A stretch of 64,000 bases of DNA from an uncultured Ignavibacteriales bacterium (GCA_964396245.1 CAYNEO010000004.1:72402-136401), one strand, 5' to 3'. Positions 1-12,836 are shown, counted from the first letter of the stretch. Numbers and translations: made by a program. The notes: a model not told the origin generated them from the sequence alone.

Positions 1-369
1 TTCAAACAGTTTTTCGATCTATCTACCACACAGCTTCGTTTTCTCTGTGTCCTGTCCGTGACCGCTCTTCTGATGAGCGGTTATCTTCTTATTCGTTCCT
101 ACGCCACGCCTTCCGCTGACGCCGATCCACTTCCGGTGTTCCTGGCGGACGGTGATGAAAAATACACCGGCGTCTTCATCGTTGATCCTAATACCTCGCC
201 GGTCGATTCACTCGAACTGCTGCCGGGTATCGGCCCGGTGCTCTCGGAGCGCATAGTCGCCTACCGCCAGCATAACCGGTTCGAGCGAGAGATCGATATC
301 ACCGAGGTCAAAGGAATCGGTCCCAAACTCTACGAGAAGATCAAACCATATCTCAGGGTTCGTCGATGA
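1..369 (+). CDS. comEA: ComEA-like helix-hairpin-helix DNA-binding protein (5' end possibly outside window)
   Basis: Hydrophobic N-terminal segment followed by tandem HhH motifs LELLPGIGPVLSERIV and ITEVKGIGPKLYEKI. The frame is open from nt 1; the first in-frame start is GTG 58. Confidence 0.6.
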   Translation, partial: FKQFFDLSTTQLRFLCVLSVTALLMSGYLLIRSYATPSADADPLPVFLADGDEKYTGVFIVDPNTSPVDSLELLPGIGPVLSERIVAYRQHNRFEREIDITEVKGIGPKLYEKIKPYLRVRR

Positions 370-1223
370 GTTCGCTGTCCACCGTTGGAATTGATCCGGT
401 CGGCGATCGGTTTCGGGCCGCACGGGTTCAGACCGAATCCGGGCGTCCGGCCGTCGATACTCTTCAGGAAGTCACACCATCGGATCTGGTCGGGAACTCG
501 CTTTTGGTCGGAAGCCGGCTGGTGTGCAGTGTCCCCGACAACGAGGTGCTGGTAAAGTCATTATACCTGTCGGAGTTGGGCGGCGCCGATGCCGATGACA
601 TCGCCCGCTTCGAATTGAGCGCCTCGCTGCTCGATTCCGATTCGGCCTTCGAATTCAAGATTCTCGAAACCGGCCTCGACCGTCGTTACCTTGGGCTGGT
701 CTACAGGAAAGAGCGATTGGCTCGTCTCGATGACATTTTTGGGTTTGGGCATACCGACGGCTATTCCTGCGCCAACTACGAGTCACGGGCAGCCGCTCTC
801 GGCAAAGGATATACCACATTCTGCGAACAGCAGGGCGGTCAACTGGTCTGTATCGGGGAGATATCCAACGGCGCCGGCTCTCTCTGTTTTCTTAACCGGG
901 GGTATATGGTTGGTCTCGCCCACCTGCGTATTCGCGGGAGTCAATTCGACCACGATGACTGGCTGAAACGGCTCGCGATTGAATTCAAGACGGTAATCAA
1001 CTTCAGGTTATCGTCGCTCTCGAATGAGGGAATCTCGGTGCCGCTCTCGACTTTGCTTCTCACGGGGGAGAGGGTTGACGAGCGGATGCTTTCGGTCTTC
1101 TCATCCTATTTCCCGGCCGGAGTTTCGGTGCCCCGTATCATCCGGGCGTTTCTTCACGATCAAGCTGCCGGCGTTGACCGTCCGGAAACATTCCTCGTCG
1201 CCCTTGGACTGGCCGTTAATTGA
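366..1223 (+). CDS. hypothetical protein, weak PilM/actin-like ATPase resemblance
   Basis: 285-aa ORF whose ATGA start overlaps the stop of the comEA-like gene. The termini (VGIDPVGDRFRAARV ... FLVALGLAVN) resemble PilM. Tentative. Confidence 0.4.
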   Translation: MSSLSTVGIDPVGDRFRAARVQTESGRPAVDTLQEVTPSDLVGNSLLVGSRLVCSVPDNEVLVKSLYLSELGGADADDIARFELSASLLDSDSAFEFKILETGLDRRYLGLVYRKERLARLDDIFGFGHTDGYSCANYESRAAALGKGYTTFCEQQGGQLVCIGEISNGAGSLCFLNRGYMVGLAHLRIRGSQFDHDDWLKRLAIEFKTVINFRLSSLSNEGISVPLSTLLLTGERVDERMLSVFSSYFPAGVSVPRIIRAFLHDQAAGVDRPETFLVALGLAVN

Positions 1224-1302
1224 CTTGCCTGAAACCGGATCCGTCAATATGTTACGCGGAGTATACGGGTCCATAAACGGACAGCAAGAGACAGGAATTG
1301 AC

Positions 1303-1821
1303 ATGGCCGCAAAAAAGAAAATAAAACGTGCAATCTATCCCGGAACGTTCGACCCGGTCACCAACGGGCATCTCTCGCTCATCGAACGGGCCTCCCAGAT
1401 TTTCGATGAACTCATTGTGGGCGTCGCCTTGAACGCCGGCAAAAACCCGTTCTTCAGTTTCAAGGAGCGCGTGGGCCTGATGAAGAAAGCCGTCAACGGC
1501 AAGGGGAATGACTACAAAATTGAAGTTATCGGCTTTGAAGGTCTTACGGCCGAATTCGCCAGGAAAGTGAAGGCCAAAGCGATCATCCGCGGGCTTCGGG
1601 CCCTCTCCGATTTCGACTATGAGTTTCAGATGGCGTTGATGAACCGCAAGATGGCCCGCGAGGTGGAGACCGTCTTTCTCATGCCGGCGTTGTCATGGGT
1701 CTACCTGTCATCGTCACTTGTCAAGGATGTCGCCCGCAACGGCGGAGAAATCGGCACCCTCGTCCCGGCGGTTGTTGCCCGCGCCATGAAAAAGAAGTTG
1801 AACAGCGCGGCCGCCAAATAG
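1303..1821 (+). CDS. coaD: phosphopantetheine adenylyltransferase
   Basis: MAAKKKIKRAIYPGTFDPVTNGHLSLIERA carries the nucleotidyltransferase TxGH motif. Length is about 172 aa. ATG 1303 was chosen inside the longer tracked ORF 1024..1821. Confidence 0.9.
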   Translation: MAAKKKIKRAIYPGTFDPVTNGHLSLIERASQIFDELIVGVALNAGKNPFFSFKERVGLMKKAVNGKGNDYKIEVIGFEGLTAEFARKVKAKAIIRGLRALSDFDYEFQMALMNRKMAREVETVFLMPALSWVYLSSSLVKDVARNGGEIGTLVPAVVARAMKKKLNSAAAK

Positions 1822-1937
1822 ACCAACCGAGCCAATCGTCTTTGGTCGGCCGAAACCGCTGCCGGCCTTGCCAATATCATCAGGGATAGTTATAATCCGG
1901 GCCGTGAGTGAATATACCCGGATGAATACCGAGAACA

Positions 1938-3536
1938 GTGAACGACGAAAGCCCGACTATGAGCGAGCAAAAGCCCGATAAGAAACAGGATCAGCCGAGC
2001 GAAAACGAAGTCCAGATACCACTGGCCGAACTGATAAGAACCCGACGTCAGAAAGTACTCGCGTTGAAGGAAAAAGGCGTCAATCCGTATCCCTACCGCT
2101 ACGCCTGCACACACTACATCTCAGAAATTCAGAAGGATTTCGACAGCCTTGCCGAAAAGGCCGAGGTTGTCCGTATCGCCGGGCGGATCATGTTGAAACG
2201 GAAGATGGGCAGAGTATTCTTTGCCGACCTGTTCGACAGCACGGATAAACTCCAGGTCTATGTCAAGCTCAATAATGTCGGGCAGGAGCCGTTCGATCTT
2301 TTTGACATGCTCGACCTCGGAGATATAATCGGGTGTGAGGGAACGCTGTTCGTTACGCGCACCAATGAGCGCACCTTGAGCGTCACCAGTTTCGAGATTC
2401 TCAGCAAATCACTTCATCCGCTTCCGGACAAGCACCACGGTCTGAGCGACGTGGAATCGCGGTACCGTCGGAGATACGCTGACCTTATAGTGAATCCCGA
2501 TGTCCGCAAGACGTTCATCATGCGCACACGGATAATTCAGGAAATCCGCGACTACCTGAACCGGGCCGGTTTTCTGGAAGTGGAGACGCCGATTCTCCAG
2601 CCGCTGTACGGCGGCGGCATGGCACTCCCGTTCAAGACCTTTCATGAGAAGCTCGACTCCGAAATGTACCTCCGAATAGCCGATGAACTATATCTCAAGC
2701 GGCTGATTGTCGGCGGCTATGACAAGGTCTGGGAGTTCTGCAAGGATTTCCGCAACGAAGGTCTCGACCGGTTACACAACCCGGAATTCTCCATGATCGA
2801 GCTGTACTGGGCGTATGCGGACTACAAGGATATCGCCGCCATGTTCGAGGAAATGCTCCGGCAGGTTGTCCGTTCCATTCACGGGCAGTACAAAATCACG
2901 TACGGCGGCCACGAGATCGATTTCGAGCCGAAATTCGCCTGGGTGACCATGCTCGGTTCCATCAAAGACGCCACCGGTGTCGACTTCACCGATCTTTCCT
3001 ACGAAGAAGCTCAGGCCGCCGCCGAGACACTCGGGGTCGGGTCGGGCGATCTGATAAACTGGGGGAAAGTCGTTGAGGCTGTCTGGGAAGCGAAAGTGGA
3101 AGAATCTCTGGTTCAACCGACATTTGTCGCCGATTTCCCTGTCGAGATATCGCCGCTGGCCAAAAAGCACCGCGATAACGAACGCCTCACCGAGCGGTTC
3201 GAGCTGTTCATCGCCGGCCAGGAGATGGGTAATGCGTTCAGCGAGTTGAACGACCCGGTCGATCAGCTCGAACGGTTTCTTCAGCAGGGCAAGGCAATTG
3301 CGGCCGGTGACGAGGAAGCACAGCCGCTCGACGACGACTTTATCACTGCCCTGACATACGGCATGCCGCCCACCGGCGGACTCGGCTTCGGTATCGACCG
3401 GCTGGTAATGCTGCTGACCAACCAGCACACGATAAGAGACGTCATGTTTTTCCCCCAGATGCGCAGCTACAAGGAAGGCACGGTGCCGGTGTCGAAGATT
3501 CTTGCGCAGATTGTCGATGAAGAGAAAAGGCGGTAG
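1938..3536 (+). CDS. lysS: lysine--tRNA ligase (class II)
   Basis: OB-fold N-terminal region and class II motifs FRNEGLDRLHNPEFSMIELYWAY and GLGFGIDRLVMLL. Alternative start ATG 1959. Confidence 0.93.
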   Translation: MNDESPTMSEQKPDKKQDQPSENEVQIPLAELIRTRRQKVLALKEKGVNPYPYRYACTHYISEIQKDFDSLAEKAEVVRIAGRIMLKRKMGRVFFADLFDSTDKLQVYVKLNNVGQEPFDLFDMLDLGDIIGCEGTLFVTRTNERTLSVTSFEILSKSLHPLPDKHHGLSDVESRYRRRYADLIVNPDVRKTFIMRTRIIQEIRDYLNRAGFLEVETPILQPLYGGGMALPFKTFHEKLDSEMYLRIADELYLKRLIVGGYDKVWEFCKDFRNEGLDRLHNPEFSMIELYWAYADYKDIAAMFEEMLRQVVRSIHGQYKITYGGHEIDFEPKFAWVTMLGSIKDATGVDFTDLSYEEAQAAAETLGVGSGDLINWGKVVEAVWEAKVEESLVQPTFVADFPVEISPLAKKHRDNERLTERFELFIAGQEMGNAFSELNDPVDQLERFLQQGKAIAAGDEEAQPLDDDFITALTYGMPPTGGLGFGIDRLVMLLTNQHTIRDVMFFPQMRSYKEGTVPVSKILAQIVDEEKRR

Positions 3537-3646
3537 TCGCTCCGCCTGTCTGTCATTGGTGGTCCGAACCGGAACACTGGCCGGCGCTGATCGTTGAAGT
3601 AAATAGCTGACAGTAGAACAATCTGTCGAGAAGGAAGCGTGTTACT

Positions 3647-3850
3647 ATGTCCTGGCAAAAAATCTGTTCCAGTTACTGGTTGCCGATGACCGTAGCTACG
3701 TGGCTGGGCGGGATCATGTTCAGTTCACGCCGTTCGGGGATCTGTCGTTTCCTCGCATTTGTCGGGTTGATCGTGCTGGCCTGGGCGACTTTTATCGCGT
3801 GGCCCATCCTCAAGGAAGACTTGACCGAGTCCGAGAAGAGCGAAGAATAA
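3647..3850 (+). CDS. small hypothetical membrane protein
   Basis: 67-aa ORF with purine-rich GAAGGAAG about 9 nt upstream. One clear TM segment, ICRFLAFVGLIVLAWATFIAWPIL. Confidence 0.35.
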   Translation: MSWQKICSSYWLPMTVATWLGGIMFSSRRSGICRFLAFVGLIVLAWATFIAWPILKEDLTESEKSEE

Positions 3851-4036
3851 ACATCGCTTTTTCTTCCCTCACGCGTGATCGACATCAGCCAGATTATACC
3901 CGGCTCCCGGTTTCATCAGACAGCTTAATGACGGCCACCCAGGCTTGTTCTTCGCTTTCGCCTGCCTGAACTCTTTTGTACATTACTCGTCAGTTGACAG
4001 GTTGGATAACGCGAAGGCATTAGAAATAGAGTCAGG

Positions 4037-5272
4037 GTGTCCGAACAACCGGCAAAAACGACCAGTTCGCCCGGGGACATATCGGGCGATAAGAACCTTC
4101 TTGTCATTTTCTCCGTAACGCTGATGGCTGTCCTCGGCGTTTCCAGTATCACCCCTGCTTTTCCCGAGATTGTCACCCGTTTCGATATTTCCCCCCAGGA
4201 AGTCGGCCTTCTGATAACCGTGTTCACCCTGCCCGGCGTGCTCATCGCGCTGTTTGCCGGCGTACTCGGCGACCGCCTCGGACGCAAGAAAATCCTCGTT
4301 CCGTCGCTCTTCATATTCGGGATCGCCGGGACCGCCTGCGCCTTTGCTTCGAACTTCGACCAGTTGCTTGTTCTGCGGCTAATCCAGGGCATCGGCGCCG
4401 CATCACTGGGAACACTCAACACCACCCTGATTGGCGACCTGTACGAGGGGAAATTGCGAACGACTATCATGGGCTACAACGCCTCGGTGCTGAGTATCGG
4501 CACCGCGAGTTATCCGGCTATCGGCGGTCTGCTGGCCATCTTCGGATGGAACTATCCGTTTTTTCTGCCGATAACGGCTATTCCCGTGGGGCTGTTTGTT
4601 CTGCTGCGGTTGAAGAATCCCGAACCGGACAGTACCGAGCATATCCGCGACTATCTTCGCAACGCCTGGCAGAGCGTCAAGAATAAAGAAGCCCTTCTGC
4701 TCTTCTCGGCGTCGCTGGTAACGTTCATTCTGCTGTACGGCCCGTACCTGACCTTCTTCCCGCTTCTTCTGGACTCGCGATACCAGAGTTCATCGTTTGT
4801 GATTGGTCTCATGATCTCGATTGCGTCAATCGCCACCGCCGTCACATCCTCGCAACTCGGAAGGCTCTCACGCATATTTGCGGAGCGGACGCTTATCAAG
4901 ATCGGTTTCGTACTGTACCTTGCTTCGCTGGCAATAACTCCTTTGCTGGCGAATTTCTGGGAGCTTTTGATTCCTATCATTCTATTTGGCATTGCCCAGG
5001 GGACCAATGTCCCGAGTATTTTCACCCTGCTGACAAACCTGGCTCCTCTGGAATACCGTGCCGCGGTGATGTCGGTCAACGGGACCATTCTCAGGCTGGG
5101 GCAGACTCTCGGTCCCCTGATTATGGGCGGGGTGTACGGTGTCTGGGGCATCGATGGTACGTTTTTTGTCGGAGCTGCCCTGGCATTTTTCACCGGGATC
5201 ATTCTGGTAAGCGGGCTCCACGCCAAAGTTGTCTCCCGAACTGAGGACTCCACGCCGTTCAGCCAGATTTGA
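4037..5272 (+). CDS. MFS transporter
   Basis: 411 aa with a multi-TM profile. MFS loop motif GVLGDRLGRKKIL lies between TM2 and TM3. Confidence 0.85.
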   Translation: MSEQPAKTTSSPGDISGDKNLLVIFSVTLMAVLGVSSITPAFPEIVTRFDISPQEVGLLITVFTLPGVLIALFAGVLGDRLGRKKILVPSLFIFGIAGTACAFASNFDQLLVLRLIQGIGAASLGTLNTTLIGDLYEGKLRTTIMGYNASVLSIGTASYPAIGGLLAIFGWNYPFFLPITAIPVGLFVLLRLKNPEPDSTEHIRDYLRNAWQSVKNKEALLLFSASLVTFILLYGPYLTFFPLLLDSRYQSSSFVIGLMISIASIATAVTSSQLGRLSRIFAERTLIKIGFVLYLASLAITPLLANFWELLIPIILFGIAQGTNVPSIFTLLTNLAPLEYRAAVMSVNGTILRLGQTLGPLIMGGVYGVWGIDGTFFVGAALAFFTGIILVSGLHAKVVSRTEDSTPFSQI

Positions 5273-5492
5273 CATCCGTCCGGCCCGTCTGTTCTGACCG
5301 GTACAGCCGGGGGTACACCGTGGACCGACAAGTACACACTTGAGCCGCCGTCAGACTGTCCGCAACTCGTAACTCCTTACTACAGTTGTGGTTGTGTTCA
5401 TTATTCAGGTTTGGCATGGACTTTGATCTCATTGTCAGCGAAACGGGACAGGAGAGTCCAAAATGCAAACGACGACGAAAGGAGACATCAGT

Positions 5493-5852
5493 ATGAAAAA
5501 GGCACTGGCTCTGTTTCTGATCCTGGGGGTGGCTTGGATGATATCAGCTCCGGCTGCCAACGCCGGCAACGGTCCCGGTACCGGAAGCGGTAACTCATTC
5601 TTCTACCAGTGGTTCCAGGATTCCGACGGTGATGGAATCCCGAATTGTGAGGATGAAGACTGGATTCGCCCGGAGGACGGGACCGGATTCATGCACCAGA
5701 TCGGAAATATCACAGGCTCTGTGCAGGCTACCGGCAGCGGCAGCGGCAATCTCTTCGAATATCTCTGGCAGCACAAGCTCGAAAACAAAGGTGAAGCGAC
5801 CGGACAGTCGTTCTTCCAGTATATGTTCGAGCACGCTCAGGGCTCGAAGTAA
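5493..5852 (+). CDS. small secreted repeat protein with Ca-binding-like DxDxDG motif
   Basis: Sec signal peptide MKKALALFLILGVAWMISAPAANA. DSDGDGIPNCEDED resembles a thrombospondin type 3 repeat. Three aromatic repeats: GSGNSFFYQWF, GSGNLFEYLW, GQSFFQYMF. A terminator follows. Confidence 0.65.
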   Translation: MKKALALFLILGVAWMISAPAANAGNGPGTGSGNSFFYQWFQDSDGDGIPNCEDEDWIRPEDGTGFMHQIGNITGSVQATGSGSGNLFEYLWQHKLENKGEATGQSFFQYMFEHAQGSK

Positions 5853-5877
5853 TCAAAAGCGGGTTGCTCTTCAGCAG

Positions 5878-5912
5878 GGTCCTGCCCTCGAAAGGGGGCA
5901 GGATCTTTTTTT
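5878..5912 (+). terminator. intrinsic terminator
   Basis: GGTCCTGCCC-tcgaaagg-GGGCAGGATC followed by T7. Confidence 0.8.
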
Positions 5913-6141
5913 ATCCAGATCTGTCAGGCTCGGTTGGATCCGCGCCGATCACCCCTCGCCGGCTTTTCGGTGCGACTAAAACGATTGCCCCAACAATCGT
6001 CGGGGGTGTATAATTAGTTGACTTATAAGATATTACTTGCGATGAAAGGGAAGTCATGGCGGCGGAAACGACTGTTGGGTCATGTGTGAGCCGATCCAAA
6101 GCGGGACTACGCCTCCGGCGCGCGCAAGAATTGGGAGAATA

Positions 6142-7368
6142 ATGAGCTTCGAAAGATATATCGCCCAGAGATACTTCAGCTCCGGCCGCTTTTTTGTATC
6201 GATTTCCACCTGGATTTCAATCATCGGCGTCACCCTTGGCGTGGCGGTGGTGTGCATCGTGACCTCGGCGCATAACGGCTTTGAATCGGAAATTCGAAAC
6301 CGCCTTCTCGGTACCACGTCACACATTTCGATTTTTGCCCTCAATAATGACTTCATAACGGATTATCGAGAGGTGATGGATGAAGTCGACCAGGTGCCCG
6401 GTGTCGTGGCGTCATCGCCGTTCATCTACTACAAAAGTGTGATCAGATCGGAGAAATCCGAGGACGGCATTATCGTGCGGGGAATTGAACCCGATCTGGA
6501 GCGCAAGACCGCGATTATAGCCGATGTTATTAAAGCGGGCTCCTACGCGTTTACTCCTGTTGTTGACGGAAACGACACCATTCCGGGAATTCTGCTGGGT
6601 AATGAACTCGCCCGTCGGCTCGACGTTTATCTCGGGGAGATGGTGGCGATGTATTCTCTGCGTGGTGAGGATATCCGGTCCCGGGCTACACCGCGGGTAA
6701 AGAAATTCTACGTTTCGGGCATTTTTGAAACGGGCATGTATGAATTCGACGGCCAGATGGTCTACATCTCACTCAAATCGGCCCAGGATCTTTTTCGCAC
6801 GGGCGATGCGGTCAATACCATTCACCTGAAACTGACCGATATTTATCAGGCCGATCGAATTGCCCCCAAGATTGACAGTCTTCTCGATTACCGGTTTCAG
6901 GTCGTGCCGTGGAACATACTTAACAAGAATCTCTTCGGATGGATAGAGCTCGAGAAGATATTTCTGTTTGCCGGCTTTATCCTGATCGTGATTGTCGCGT
7001 CGTTTTCGATAATTTCAGCGCTGGTCATGCTGACCATGGAAAAGCGCGCTGAAATCGGCATTCTGAAAACAATGGGCACAACCCCGGCGAGCGTTGCGCG
7101 GATATTTGTCTATAAGGGCCTGTGGATCGGCATCATAGGCGTCCTGGTGGGCTGGGCAATAGGTTTCTTGATCGCATACCTGCAGAACACGTTCAAGTTT
7201 TTCCAGCTGCCGCCGGACATTTACTTTGTGAGTTATATCCCGATCGACATCCATCCGCTGGACTTCGTTCTGGCCGGGGCCATCACGATCCTGGTGTGTT
7301 TTCTGGCGGCGTTGTATCCGGCATTACAGGCGGCGCGGGCATCGGTTGTCGATGTCCTGCGGGAATAG
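6142..7368 (+). CDS. lolC: lipoprotein-releasing ABC transporter permease (LolC/E, FtsX family)
   Basis: N-terminus MSFERYIAQRYFSSGR..., a large periplasmic loop and C-terminal FtsX-type TM helices. lolD follows. ATG 6142 lies inside the tracked ORF. Confidence 0.8.
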   Translation: MSFERYIAQRYFSSGRFFVSISTWISIIGVTLGVAVVCIVTSAHNGFESEIRNRLLGTTSHISIFALNNDFITDYREVMDEVDQVPGVVASSPFIYYKSVIRSEKSEDGIIVRGIEPDLERKTAIIADVIKAGSYAFTPVVDGNDTIPGILLGNELARRLDVYLGEMVAMYSLRGEDIRSRATPRVKKFYVSGIFETGMYEFDGQMVYISLKSAQDLFRTGDAVNTIHLKLTDIYQADRIAPKIDSLLDYRFQVVPWNILNKNLFGWIELEKIFLFAGFILIVIVASFSIISALVMLTMEKRAEIGILKTMGTTPASVARIFVYKGLWIGIIGVLVGWAIGFLIAYLQNTFKFFQLPPDIYFVSYIPIDIHPLDFVLAGAITILVCFLAALYPALQAARASVVDVLRE

Positions 7369-7458
7369 GTCCCAAAAGTGCGATTGATGCTAAAAAATTG
7401 GGCAGATTTGGCGAAAATGATAGTATAGCAACGAGTAATAGGATTGTATTCGAGCACT

Positions 7459-8157
7459 ATGGACAATAATGGTCTTATCCTCTCCGCCCGGGACATCCAC
7501 CGGGACTTCCAGACCCCTGATTCGGTGCTGTCGGTTTTGAAGGGGATTTCACTGGATGTCAACCGCCGGGAAATGGTGTCCGTCACCGGGGCCTCGGGAG
7601 TCGGAAAATCGACTCTTTTGCACATTCTGGGCGGTTTGGATCGTCCGACTCGCGGCGAAGTAACGGTAAGTAATGTCTCCCTGACCGGAAAGTCGGAAAA
7701 AGAACTGGCCCGGTTTCGGACGAAAAGGATAGGATTCGTCTTCCAGTTTCATTATCTTTTAGACGACTTTACGGCGCTGGAGAATGTGATGATTCCCATG
7801 CTCCTGAATGGCAAAAAGCGGGGCGATGCGGCCCGGCAGGCGGAACTGATTCTGGACCAGGTGGGTTTAATAGATAGAAAAGGCCACCGTCCGAAGCAGT
7901 TATCGGGCGGAGAACAACAACGGGTGGCTGTTGCGCGCGCTCTCGCCAACGACCCAGACATCGTTCTGGCTGATGAGCCATCGGGAAATCTGGACACCGC
8001 CACCGGCCGGAAGTTACACGACCTCCTCTTCCACCTCAATTCCCAGAAGTCGATTACGTTTTTGATCGCCACTCATAACGAAGAGCTGGCGGAGCGCTGT
8101 AACCGGCGATTGACACTGGTTGCGGGTAAGGTGACCGAAGAGGTGAAGGGAGACTGA
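7459..8157 (+). CDS. lolD: lipoprotein-releasing ABC transporter ATP-binding protein
   Basis: Walker A GASGVGKST, signature LSGGEQQRVAVARAL, Walker B IVLADEPSGNLD. Confidence 0.85.
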   Translation: MDNNGLILSARDIHRDFQTPDSVLSVLKGISLDVNRREMVSVTGASGVGKSTLLHILGGLDRPTRGEVTVSNVSLTGKSEKELARFRTKRIGFVFQFHYLLDDFTALENVMIPMLLNGKKRGDAARQAELILDQVGLIDRKGHRPKQLSGGEQQRVAVARALANDPDIVLADEPSGNLDTATGRKLHDLLFHLNSQKSITFLIATHNEELAERCNRRLTLVAGKVTEEVKGD

Positions 8158-8162
8158 CGAAG

Positions 8163-8711
8163 ATGCTTTGTCCGGAATGTAACAAACGGGAAGCAACCGT
8201 ACATTTGACACAGATCGTAAACAATCAGAAGGTAACGGTATCGCTGTGCAAGGAGTGCGCGGCCAAAGTCGGCTTCCACTCTCCGCTCGACAACATGCCC
8301 TTTCCTCTGGCGGAGATACTCTCAGGTATGACACAGAATTTACCCCAGGCCGCGCAAACTGAAGCCGATGAATCGCTGGTCTGCGAAACGTGCCATATGA
8401 CGTTTGCTGATTTTGCCCGTCACGGCCGTTTCGGTTGTGGCGGCTGTTATTCGGCCTTTCGGCCGAAACTCGAACCGATCATGCGCAAAATTCACGGTTC
8501 GTCGCTGCACCGGGGACGCAATCCCGGCATGATCGCCGGCGGTGCGGCCAGCCAGGCGCTTCCCATCAAGGAAGAAGAGCGGCTCGACACCGAGCTGCGC
8601 AAGGCTATCGAAGCGGAAGATTTCGAACGCGCCGCCGAATTGCGCGACAAACTCAAGGCAATGCGGCATAGTCCGGCGCATGAAGACGATGACCAGGGAG
8701 CGGATGAATAG
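8163..8711 (+). CDS. mcsA: protein arginine kinase activator McsA (UvrB/C motif protein)
   Basis: Paired Cys clusters CPEC..CKEC and CETC..CGGC plus a C-terminal UVR motif EDFERAAELRDKLKAMR. Lies upstream of mcsB. Confidence 0.85.
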   Translation: MLCPECNKREATVHLTQIVNNQKVTVSLCKECAAKVGFHSPLDNMPFPLAEILSGMTQNLPQAAQTEADESLVCETCHMTFADFARHGRFGCGGCYSAFRPKLEPIMRKIHGSSLHRGRNPGMIAGGAASQALPIKEEERLDTELRKAIEAEDFERAAELRDKLKAMRHSPAHEDDDQGADE

Positions 8712-9777
8712 AGTGAGCACGATGTTTGATGACATGGCAAAGTCGCCGGCGGCCTGGCTTACCGGTAAAGGAAGTGACTCGCTGGTCGTGATTTCCAGCC
8801 GCGTTCGTGTGGCCAGAAATGTGGCCGGCTGCCTCTTTCCGCCCGCAGCCGATGTCGAAACCAAGAAGCGTATTGTCTCCTATTTCGACTCGGCCAGCAC
8901 CAAATCGAAACTGCTGTCTTCGGGAGACTACCACAAGGCGGCGGATATCGGTGACCTCGACCGCGATTTCCTCATCGAACGGCACCTGATTTCACCGGTC
9001 TTTCTGGACGGCGATCTCTCGAAAGCGCTGTTTATCGGCGCTGACGAGCGCGTGTCGATCATGATAAACGAGGAAGATCACCTGCGAATCCAGGCACTGG
9101 CGGCGGGATTGGACCCCCAGGGCGCCTATGAACTGGCCATGCAGTATGAATCCGAGGTCGGCAAGTATCTCGAATTCGATTACGATGCGGACTTTGGCTA
9201 TCTCACCGCGTGTCCCACCAACGTCGGCACCGGCATGCGAGCCTCGATTCTCATCCATCTGCCCGGTATGGTGCTGACCAAGGAAATCGATCGCATGATA
9301 TCGCGCATCACCCGCAGCGGCCTTATCGTGCGAGGATTCTACGGTGAAGGATCCGATGTGCTCGGCAACCTGTTCCAGATTTCGAATCAGAACACACTCG
9401 GGCTTGCCGAGGAAGAGATTGTCAACCAGATCACGCGTGTGGCCGAAGAAATCATCGAAAGCGAGGCGGCTGCGCGCCAGCGGCTTATCGATGAAGCCGG
9501 TGATATGATCGAGGACAAGATCTGGCGTTCATACGGAATTCTGAAACACGCCCGCGTGCTGACATCCGACGAGGTTATGAACCTGCTCTCGGCGGTGCGG
9601 CTCGGTCATGCGATGAAGATTATAGATTTTCTGGATATCTCACTGATCAATGAAATTCTGCTGTTGTCGCAACCGGCGCATCTGCAGAAATACTATGGAC
9701 AGGAAATGGACAACAACCGTCGTGACTTTGTCAGAGCCCAAATGGTACGGGAAAAGCTACGGAACAGTCAACAATGA
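8704..9777 (+). CDS. mcsB: protein arginine kinase McsB
   Basis: ATP:guanido phosphotransferase signatures NEEDHLRIQ and CPTNVGTGMRAS. ATG 8704 overlaps the mcsA stop (ATGAATAG). Confidence 0.88.
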   Translation: MNRVSTMFDDMAKSPAAWLTGKGSDSLVVISSRVRVARNVAGCLFPPAADVETKKRIVSYFDSASTKSKLLSSGDYHKAADIGDLDRDFLIERHLISPVFLDGDLSKALFIGADERVSIMINEEDHLRIQALAAGLDPQGAYELAMQYESEVGKYLEFDYDADFGYLTACPTNVGTGMRASILIHLPGMVLTKEIDRMISRITRSGLIVRGFYGEGSDVLGNLFQISNQNTLGLAEEEIVNQITRVAEEIIESEAAARQRLIDEAGDMIEDKIWRSYGILKHARVLTSDEVMNLLSAVRLGHAMKIIDFLDISLINEILLLSQPAHLQKYYGQEMDNNRRDFVRAQMVREKLRNSQQ

Positions 9778-9846
9778 ATAGTTGTTTTGAACTTGCAAGA
9801 CAGATAGAAGAGCGTTATTTCTATAGAGAAGGAAGGTACTAACAAT

Positions 9847-12315
<2,469 letters not shown>

Positions 12316-12340
12316 TCTCCTTCAAATAGACTAACTCAGG

Positions 12341-12376
12341 AAGCCGGTCGGGATTGATTTCCGACCGCTTCTTTTT
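12341..12376 (+). terminator. intrinsic terminator after clpC
   Basis: CGGTCGG-gattgattt-CCGACCG followed by CTTCTTTTT. Confidence 0.7.
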
Positions 12377-12503
12377 GTCGGATAAGTTGTTTCCGGACAG
12401 CCGGTTGGCGTTTTTGCTTGCCATTGGGCGGAGATATGTTATATTAGCGGCTCCCCGACAGCGGGGTAACAGCGAACAATTACGATAGTCATAGAGGTCT
12501 GTC

Positions 12504-12761
12504 ATGGCACACAAAAAAGGTGTAGGTTCTTCGAAAAATGGCCGGGACTCACAGGGCCAGCGTCGCGGGACCAAAGTATTTTCCGGTGAGACGGTGAGCG
12601 CCGGCTCGATTCTGGTCCGCCAGTGCGGCACACCGATCAAAGCCGGACAGAATGTCGGCACCGGCTCCGACCATACGCTGTTTGCCAAAATCAGCGGGAT
12701 AGTCAAGTACGAACGGGTCGGCAAATCGGGCAAACGCGTCTCGGTCTACGAGTCGGCCTGA
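12504..12761 (+). CDS. rpmA: 50S ribosomal protein L27
   Basis: [24 protein letters not shown]... is the canonical L27 N-terminus. 85 aa. Confidence 0.95.
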   Translation: MAHKKGVGSSKNGRDSQGQRRGTKVFSGETVSAGSILVRQCGTPIKAGQNVGTGSDHTLFAKISGIVKYERVGKSGKRVSVYESA

Positions 12762-12795
12762 TTTGTTCTCGCGGCAGACAGCTGCCGAAAAACTC

Positions 12796-12836
12796 AGCGC
12801 TGTCGAATGTGCATGCATCCGACAGCGCTTTTTTTT
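12796..12836 (+). terminator. intrinsic terminator after rpmA
   Basis: AGCGCTGTCG-loop-CGACAGCGCT followed by T8. Confidence 0.85.
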
